64,000 nt of DNA from positions 3,720,001 to 3,784,000 of the forward strand of contig OX597836.1 in the NCBI GenBank assembly GCA_951406725.2, given 5' to 3'. The notes below the pieces were generated by a model. That model was not told the origin of the DNA. It saw only the letters and a program-made list of their open reading frames with translations, and did not search any database. Source of the stretch: Octopus vulgaris (lineage: Eukaryota). A program made the position numbers and the translations under genes. Of this stretch, positions 55,790 through 64,000 are shown piece after piece (positions within the stretch are counted from its first letter, which is position 1; every line of letters starts with the position of its first letter).

Positions 55790-56100
55790 GTACTGGTAAC
55801 ATGTAACCGAGAACAATTTGTTGCATGGTCGAGTCGTCGGCGACTAAACTGGCAACCCCATCAAGCTTGCTTGGTGAGGAGGGTGATTGTTAGACACCCT
55901 GCAAGACGGACCATCCAACAATATGTGTATACGTGTATGTATGCATGTATGTATGTATGTATGTATGTATGCGCGGGTACGTGGGAATACCTAGATTGGT
56001 GTCCAGATGCGCGGTTGGACCACTGGGAATAGGAGACCCCTTTGTTGTTGCCACAACATTTCCCTAGGAGAGGGAAAGTCTGAGAGAAAACCTGCGACAC
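55790..56100 (+). mobile_element. Probable RTE-type 5' region relic
   Basis: Homology with 21660-21730; ctaggagagggaaagtctgagagaaaacc resembles the RTE 5' UTR motif. Confidence 0.45.
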
Positions 56101-56282
56101 TGGCAATAGTCAATGATGTAGAATAGTTCTTCTGTTCGAGTTTATGTTGTCCATGTTCCGAGAGTGGAATCGGATTTGTGCACAACTCGCTTCTCGGTCA
56201 AGTAATGGAATCCACGATCTTTTGATCGCGCCCGCAGTATCCTCACCGTAAAGGCCACGCATCTTCATAGTTTGGTTTCACG

Positions 56283-56482
56283 TTTTGACTCAGGGCTAGC
56301 AATTTCGGTGGAAAGGGTTAAGTCTATTATATCGACCTCAGTATTCAACTGGTACTTATTTTTATCGACTTCGGAAGATTGAAAGGCAAAGTAAACCTCG
56401 GCGGGATGGGATTTCAGAAAGTAAAGACCGACGAATCTCCGCTTAGTATTTGGTCTTGTGCGCTAACGTTTCCGCCAGCTCG
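56283..56482 (-). mobile_element. SINE family A, degenerate
   Basis: actggtacttatttttatcgac...gaaaggcaaagt...gctaacgtttccgccagctcgc. Confidence 0.75.
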
Positions 56483-57351
56483 CAGCTGCCTTGGCTAACG
56501 TAATAAATTAACAGAATAATTGATGCAATGAATTAGCTCACAAGGGACCGCATTAGTCTCACCTCCGACCGCTTACAGTAATTTCTCGAGTAAATTATAA
56601 TCAAAGTCAGAATTTAGTTTCTACTGTCGTCACTTCTTTTTTTTTTTGTGCATCCGATTCCCTTTGCAGATCGATCCCTCACTTCATATCACACGCTGGT
56701 GTCTCACATTTGATCTTCTCTCTCTCTGTTTCTCAGTCTGACACTCTCCGTCTTTCACTGTCTCTCCCTATGTTCATATCTACATTTCTATATTTCTTTT
56801 TTATTCCTCTTTCTCTCTCTTTCACAAGCACAATCTCTATCACAGTTGCTCTCATTTACACACTGATTTCTTTCTTCCCATTCTCTTTTATTCACTCACA
56901 TCTTCCCTCTTGTCTCTCTAAATCACTCTCTTTCTCTCTCTCTCTATAACTACACCATCTTTCTCCCAAACACGATCTTTCCACCCTCGATTTCCACCCT
57001 CTCCCCTCACAACCGTTAATCTCTCTTACCGTCCTCTCTTTCGCCCTTTACCCATCCACCCATCTCTCTTACCCATTCAATTCTCTCATCTCCTCTCTTT
57101 AATCTCTTTTCTTCTACTCACTATCTACCCTGCCTATCTATCATCCACCTCCCCACTCTCTCAATTTTTTCCATCTAACATCTTCTCCATCCGCTCTCCC
57201 CATCTTTCCTCCCAATCTACCCGCATTCCACCCCATTATCCATTATCTCAGCTAACTCTATCTTGCATACAAAGATGGATAATGCAATCATAACATTCTG
57301 ACTTTTCCTGCTTCTATAAATCAGTTTCAGTTGTATGTATGTATGTATGTT

Positions 57352-57530
57352 GTGAAGGCACGTGGCTTAGTGGTTAGGGTATTCGACTCAAGATCGTAGG
57401 GTCATGAGTTCGATGCCTGGCAGTGCACTGCGTCCTTGAGCAAGACACTTTATTTCACGTTGCTCCAGTCCACTCAGCTGACAAAAATGAGTTGTACCTG
57501 TATTTCAAAGGACCAGCCTTGTCATATTCT
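57352..57530 (+). mobile_element. SINE family D, 5' part
   Basis: gtgaaggcacgtggcttagtggttagg...gagttcgatgcc...cttgagcaagacacttt. Confidence 0.8.
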
Positions 57531-57536
57531 CTCTCT

Positions 57537-57608
<72 letters not shown>

Positions 57609-57965
57609 ACATATATATATGTATCATAAAATTTTATATGCAGTCGGAAAATAATATTTTATTATGTACACTATAGAAATATTTACCGAAAAATGTATAT
57701 AATGCAAATTTACACACACACACGCAAACGAACACCTACACATACACACACTCATATGTACAAACATATATATGTACATACACAAATATACATTGGGTAA
57801 AAGAAAATACAGGAGGATCACTTAATTATGATTTTATTCAAAATATTCCGTTGTCAGATTCCCACACTTACCGCAGAGGTCCTTCAGTTTTTCTAAGCCT
57901 TGTAAAAGAAGCTTGGGCCTCCAGCAAGACCTTTCGGGACACCCTTAGAGCCAGGAACTTTTCCT

Positions 57966-58018
<53 letters not shown>

Positions 58019-58306
58019 TTTTGTGTGTTATGCGTAAATACATTTCTCCATATTTCCATATTTGCTAGAATTTGAGTGCCTGATAGATTAGTTTTGATGC
58101 TACAAAATAAGCACACAAACACGTGCCCACCCACACACACACGACCCATATATACGCACATACATACATACACACGTACATTAAACACATACCTACCCGC
58201 AAAATCCTACAAGATTTCAATGAAAAAAAACGACTTACAAAACTACTGCTCTTTCTCACTTTCACTCCCTCCCCATTTACTTCAGCATTATTAAATATAA
58301 TATTAC

Positions 58307-58309
<3 letters not shown>

Positions 58310-58391
<82 letters not shown>

Positions 58392-58404
58392 ATCATTATT
58401 AATA

Positions 58405-58448
<44 letters not shown>

Positions 58449-58533
58449 ATCATCATTATTATTATTAATATCATTATTATTATTAATATCATTATTATTA
58501 TTAATATCATTATTATTATTATTAATATCATTA

Positions 58534-58571
<38 letters not shown>

Positions 58572-58575
58572 ATCA

Positions 58576-58606
<31 letters not shown>

Positions 58607-58635
58607 TATTATTATTATCATTATTATTATTATTG

Positions 58636-58669
<34 letters not shown>

Positions 58670-58686
58670 CATTATTATTATTATTG

Positions 58687-58726
<40 letters not shown>

Positions 58727-58860
58727 CATTATTATTATTATTAATATCATTATTATTTATTATTATTATCATTATTATTATTATTAATATCATTATTATT
58801 TATTATTATTATCATTATTATTATTATTAATATCATTATTAATATCATTATTATTATTAA
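58310..58860. repeat. (ATT)n compound microsatellite
   Basis: Direct reading. Confidence 0.95.
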
Positions 58861-59010
58861 GATCGTCATCGTTATCCGGCTTCCTTGATATTTCATCCAC
58901 TCAAAGCTAGCCAAAGGCAACTGTCTGCTTCAGATGCAAACTGCTAATTTATAGGTTTTCACAGCGCTCCTTCATCAGGAATCCGTTTATACTTAGCAAT
59001 GCTGCTACTA

Positions 59011-59066
<56 letters not shown>

Positions 59067-59413
59067 CAGACAGACAGACACACACACACACACACACACA
59101 AACGCACACATGTATGTATGTATTAATATACGTATGTATTTCTCTTCGTATTTATGAACAGAAGGTTTTGATTTTATAGATCACAAAATGCACCGATCTC
59201 TTAATCTCTTCATGTTCTCCTCGTGAGATATTTCTTGACTATTCTTTCCTGCTTAATTATTGATTTTGATTTACTTATTCTCTGCCGAGGCTGAGTTTCT
59301 TAAATAAACTGTTCACACTCGAATACGACATCTATACGGTGACTACATATATATATATATATGCATATATATATATGCATATATATAATGTATATATGTA
59401 TATACATACATAT

Positions 59414-59465
<52 letters not shown>

Positions 59466-59472
59466 CTGTGTG

Positions 59473-59533
<61 letters not shown>

Positions 59534-59619
59534 AAGTATATGTATATGTAAAAAATTAATGAGTGCAAGCGTTACATAAATATTTTCAGGATTAAATTTG
59601 TTGCCTTTTTATTTAATCC

Positions 59620-59685
<66 letters not shown>

Positions 59686-59836
59686 TATATACATATATAT
59701 ATATAAATATATACATATATACTAACATATATATATATACGTATACATATTAATATATACATATATACATATATATATTAATATATACATATACATATGT
59801 ATATATATATATATATATACATATATGTATATATAC

Positions 59837-59933
<97 letters not shown>

Positions 59934-60084
59934 CAGGAATATTAGGGTCACGTTCATTTTCTTGTCTTCAAGATCCTCTGCATGACATCCTGCTAGTTCA
60001 AAGCCTGGAATCTGATCTGTTAAGGTCCTGCCGATAACTAAATCCACGCCCTGCTGGCGATGCTTCGATTTATTGCCGTTAAGT

Positions 60085-60200
60085 TTTTGTCTGTCTCCTA
60101 CTCTTCGACCTGTCTGGCTTGGTAAGACCTGTCTGAAGATTTTTCTCCCTCAAGTATAGCTCTCCAGGTCAATGGAGCACACAGTTTACCGCGACAAGGT
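60085..60200 (-). mobile_element. RTE-clade LINE 5' terminal relic
   Basis: Reverse complement taccttgtcgcgg...tgacctggagagctat...ccagacaggtcgaagagtaggagacagac. Confidence 0.55.
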
Positions 60201-60695
60201 ACTTGTTGAATTGGCCGTTGACTACACAGTAGTTTTCCCGCCTTTTGACGGGTCTCATTTTCGTTCTGCAGGTGTCCAGAAATCACCTTTCTCACCAAAC
60301 AAGCTTGATGTATCCCTGCCGTAAGGCTATATTTCCACACACGCCAGTTTATTTTAATTCGTCCTTAGTCAAAAGACACCTGTTGTTATGTCCTGTTATT
60401 TGTATTTGTGTAACATTCTCCGTTTTTTCCGTCCTCGTTTTCATATATATTCGCTGCTTTCTTCCAAGGTATATAATGCTCTTAGCTTAGTTTTTCCTTG
60501 GGGCTAGCCAGATTGGTGTAATCTCGAGTATAACCTGCCGAAATTGCAAAGATAATCTAGAATTTGACTGAGGAAAGAAAATTCCGAATGACCCGTCCTT
60601 GTTTTCTTTGTATCGTGTATCTGGATGTTTTGTTGTCCCTTTTTTGTATCACCTAACTGTCTGGATGTTTTGCGTTTTTGTCCCATTTTGTATTG

Positions 60696-60798
<103 letters not shown>

Positions 60799-60801
60799 AT
60801 A

Positions 60802-61027
60802 TTAGGCTGGTGCATAATTATTGCGGTTGTTCTTCAATAAAATTTATTCAACAAAAAATTTCAAGAAAACGCCAATTTAAACAAAACGCCAAACAGAAAT
60901 TGAAGTAGATGGTGAATATTCTTTATTGTTCGGAAAAATCATTTAAAGATGCTTTTGTTAAAAGTTGGTATTATTTTTGTTGAATCAAATTATTGAAAAA
61001 AGCTGCAATAATTATGCACCAACCTAA
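60802..61027. mobile_element. mariner-family MITE, 226 bp, TA TSD
   Basis: Imperfect TIRs ttaggctggtgcataattattgcggtt / agctgcaataattatgcaccaacctaa (Hsmar1/MADE1-like ends), flanked by TA. Confidence 0.85.
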
Positions 61028-61051
61028 TATATATATATATACATACATACA

Positions 61052-61100
<49 letters not shown>

Positions 61101-62912
61101 GCAATACCTGAATACATACATGCATATACACACGTACACATACATATATGTGTATATCAATATACATTCACACATTGGCATTTCTGTCTGTTTCTCATTT
61201 TCATCGAAATCTTAGCGATGTTGCATTGTTAAACGTGGTGAAGTCTGTAACAGAACGAAGATTAAAGATTGCTAAATTTTACTTTGAAAACAGCCTGACT
61301 TTTATTTCCCCTTGTTTGTCGAATAAATCATTAGAAAATGTGTGAAACTTTCATGTTTTCAATTTTAATCTGCCAAACGTGTGACATATTCATCTATTCA
61401 TGCACACAAACGACATTTTCATAGCTTCAGCAGACGTGAGCAAGGGCGGTAACTGTTGTTAAATGGTGCATCAATGTTGATTAATATTTGTACGCTTTTC
61501 AAATGATATCTCCGTCTCCCATCCAAAATCTATTATGTGAGAAATAGAATATTTTGGGCAGTTTTAACTGCGCTTTCTTTTGTAAATAATGAAGTGTCTG
61601 CAAGAACTTACTTATTCATATCGTTTGTACAAAATTGAAAGCAGTGTGTCTGTAATTGAATGTGATTCTCCAGAAAGAGATAGAGACAGAGTGGTCTGGA
61701 TCTATGAATATAGACGGAAATGTGTTCTATAACGGAACAATTGATTTTATAATTGGAATTATCATTTGTTAATCTCCAGATGTATTTGTAGAGTGATGTG
61801 GTGAGTTGCCGTTCTGAGTGCCTGAATGGACACATTAAGATGCGAGACACCTTGTTTAAGGGGATTTTTAATAAACCTCGTGAAACATGTCTTTTATTCA
61901 CGCACAAAGTCACATTCACACATACATATGGAAAAAGATACTTCCTTCACCTCCAAACCTCAACAACTGGATGTAACCTGAAAATCTGAGTAGGAACGGA
62001 AGGAATCTCCGACGAATTTTAGCAAATATTTCAAACGCCATTTTCTTCACCGATAATTTATAAGTCCCCCATAGCAAATATCCAGGATCAAAAGCGTTCC
62101 AGCCGCGACAGTCCATTCTTGTATATTTAAGCCAATATTGTTCAATGTATTCTTTTAAAAATTACTACAGGGTGTTTCATTTGAGAGAACTTTAGCTACT
62201 ATTTCTAGCAAGTTGAACAAGCAAGTAAAGGCTGGTGTGTCCATGTACTCGGTCGTGTTACTAGTAAAAGCCTACTTTTGTTCTCTTTCTATTCTTCTAT
62301 TTATTCAAATCCAAGCCGGGTGGATCTGGGGGCTTAGGGGTGGAATCTGTATAGTGTTGGGTAAATACCTGGTGTTGTTCTAAGCTTTCCTTCGAACTTT
62401 CGTTTTGAATTTTAAATCTGTCAGAGATCGATTAATGCGTGTTTTTTTTTTCATCTCTCGGTGATCGATAAGAACTGATTGAAGTATCGGTGCTGAAAAA
62501 GTTGGATTCTGTCTCCCACCACCACCACCACCACCACCACCACCGTCGCTACTACCACTACTGCCAACGCCATTACACCAGGCAGCAGCAGCAGTACCAG
62601 CAGCATCTTCAACTCCACCACCATCAACACTACCATCACCACAACAACCAATAGCACCACCTCGATCACTACCACCACTACTGGCACCGTCAGTAGCACC
62701 AGCAGAATTTCCCATCCACTTGACATTCTAATTTAACAAGTAGGTGATAATTCAGTCGAGTGACCCACTAAATGCTCATCGTCGAAATCGACGAAGGAAT
62801 TATTTCCATTAACAGCTAATATCTAGGGTGACGGTGATCATGATTGTGAGGGCGTTGTCTATAATGATGATGATGATGATGATGATTGTGATGATGATTA
62901 TGATGATGTGTG

Positions 62913-62946
<34 letters not shown>

Positions 62947-63114
62947 AGTTTCCCGTAGTCCGAGAATGACGGTTTTGCCGGTTTTTGCACAAATAATTTG
63001 GTTCTTAGGATCAAATGCATGTGCCGTGCATTAGGTCATTCTCTCCATCAACTCGACGTTACCTGAACAGGTGCACGGTGAACCCACACGCCAGGTATCG
63101 CAAAGGGATCGCAA

Positions 63115-63226
63115 AGCAAAGTGAGATGAAGTGTCTTGCTCAAGAAAACAAACGCACCAGCCTGGTCAGGAATTGAAACCGCGATCGTAAGAACAACGTC
63201 CTAACCGTTAGGCCAAGCACCATCAC
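63115..63226 (-). mobile_element. SINE family D head, degenerate
   Basis: gaagtgtcttgctcaaga...gaattgaaacc...cctaaccgttaggcca. Confidence 0.6.
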
Positions 63227-64000
63227 TAATGGCTAATATTAGTAACTTAATAATTTAACAAAAACCGCGCCGCCGCATCGATGTCCATTCTTAGCTGATA
63301 TATCGATAGACTGATTGACTTTTACGCATTACCCGTTTCATCGTGTCTTTGGCATTAAGTTTCGCTGTCTTCGAGAAAGGCTTCGCTTTTATTCAAGGTC
63401 AGAAAAAGATAACTGAGATAGATTAATGAGATCGAAGTGATGTTATACCCACGTTCCCCTGCGTTCCTGCTTTGCTGAAACGGATCGATAAGATTTAATT
63501 TACTAACATCTGTCGGATGAAAAAAAAAATTGAATCCGTTGATACGAGAAGATTCGGTTTAGAAGGGTTGTAGTTAGAAAACCCAATACTTTCAGTGAGA
63601 TAAAGATCTGTATTCGGGTGGGCAAGGTTATAACATTTCACCCGAATCATATCCATTATTACAGTACTTGGAATTAACTTTCTGTCGGAAAGAAGTTTGG
63701 TTGTGGCATTGAGAACAGAATACTGTTAGGCAGTAGTTGGTAGGTGGTAGGTGTTAGTGGTTAAGGTTGTGGTGATAGTAATGACAAAAGTGATAACGGC
63801 GCCTATTGTTGTTGTTGTTGTTATTGAAACCAACTTTAATATTTTATGACTTTTACAGAGTGGGGAAGTGAGCGCGCATAATATCGTTCGAGGCCTCCAA
63901 GGCTGAAGGTGGAAAAAAATTCTTTAACCGGAGATCTATCATAAAATTCTAGCAAAAGAATGGATTCTTCTAAAGTCATTCACATGCCGGGTGGTTTTGT

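Noticed and set aside
58950-58985. CTGATGA...GAAA on the minus strand
   Set aside because: Stems I-III and the cleavage triplet do not form properly
60565-60600. ctgagga...ccgaa...gtc hammerhead-like motif
   Set aside because: GAAA is broken and there is no stem I pairing; at most a decayed relic

Overview
AT-rich, microsatellite-saturated animal genomic DNA. The SINE families and (TA)n/(TATG)n/(ATT)n density point to a coleoid cephalopod, most likely Octopus (inference). The only clear host gene is the 3' end of ornithine decarboxylase antizyme (OAZ) on the + strand: two coding exons (1849-1934, 6336-6463) plus a 3' UTR. Its frameshift-containing 5' exons appear to lie upstream of the window. 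The rest is mostly repeats: tRNA-derived SINEs of several families, RTE, Tx1/L1 and Jockey/CR1-type LINE relics, mariner/piggyBac/pogo MITEs, and two Penelope-like element (PLE) GIY-YIG endonuclease fragments of different types. A short PLE terminal-repeat family carrying minimal hammerhead ribozymes occurs four times. Two copies share a non-canonical CCGACGA core and one forms a perfect 51-bp fold-back. A duplicated non-coding module with NRF1/POU/CCAAT-like motifs occurs at about 51 kb and 54 kb. Almost all ORFs in the supplied track are translated microsatellites. Repeat boundaries were read by eye and are approximate.
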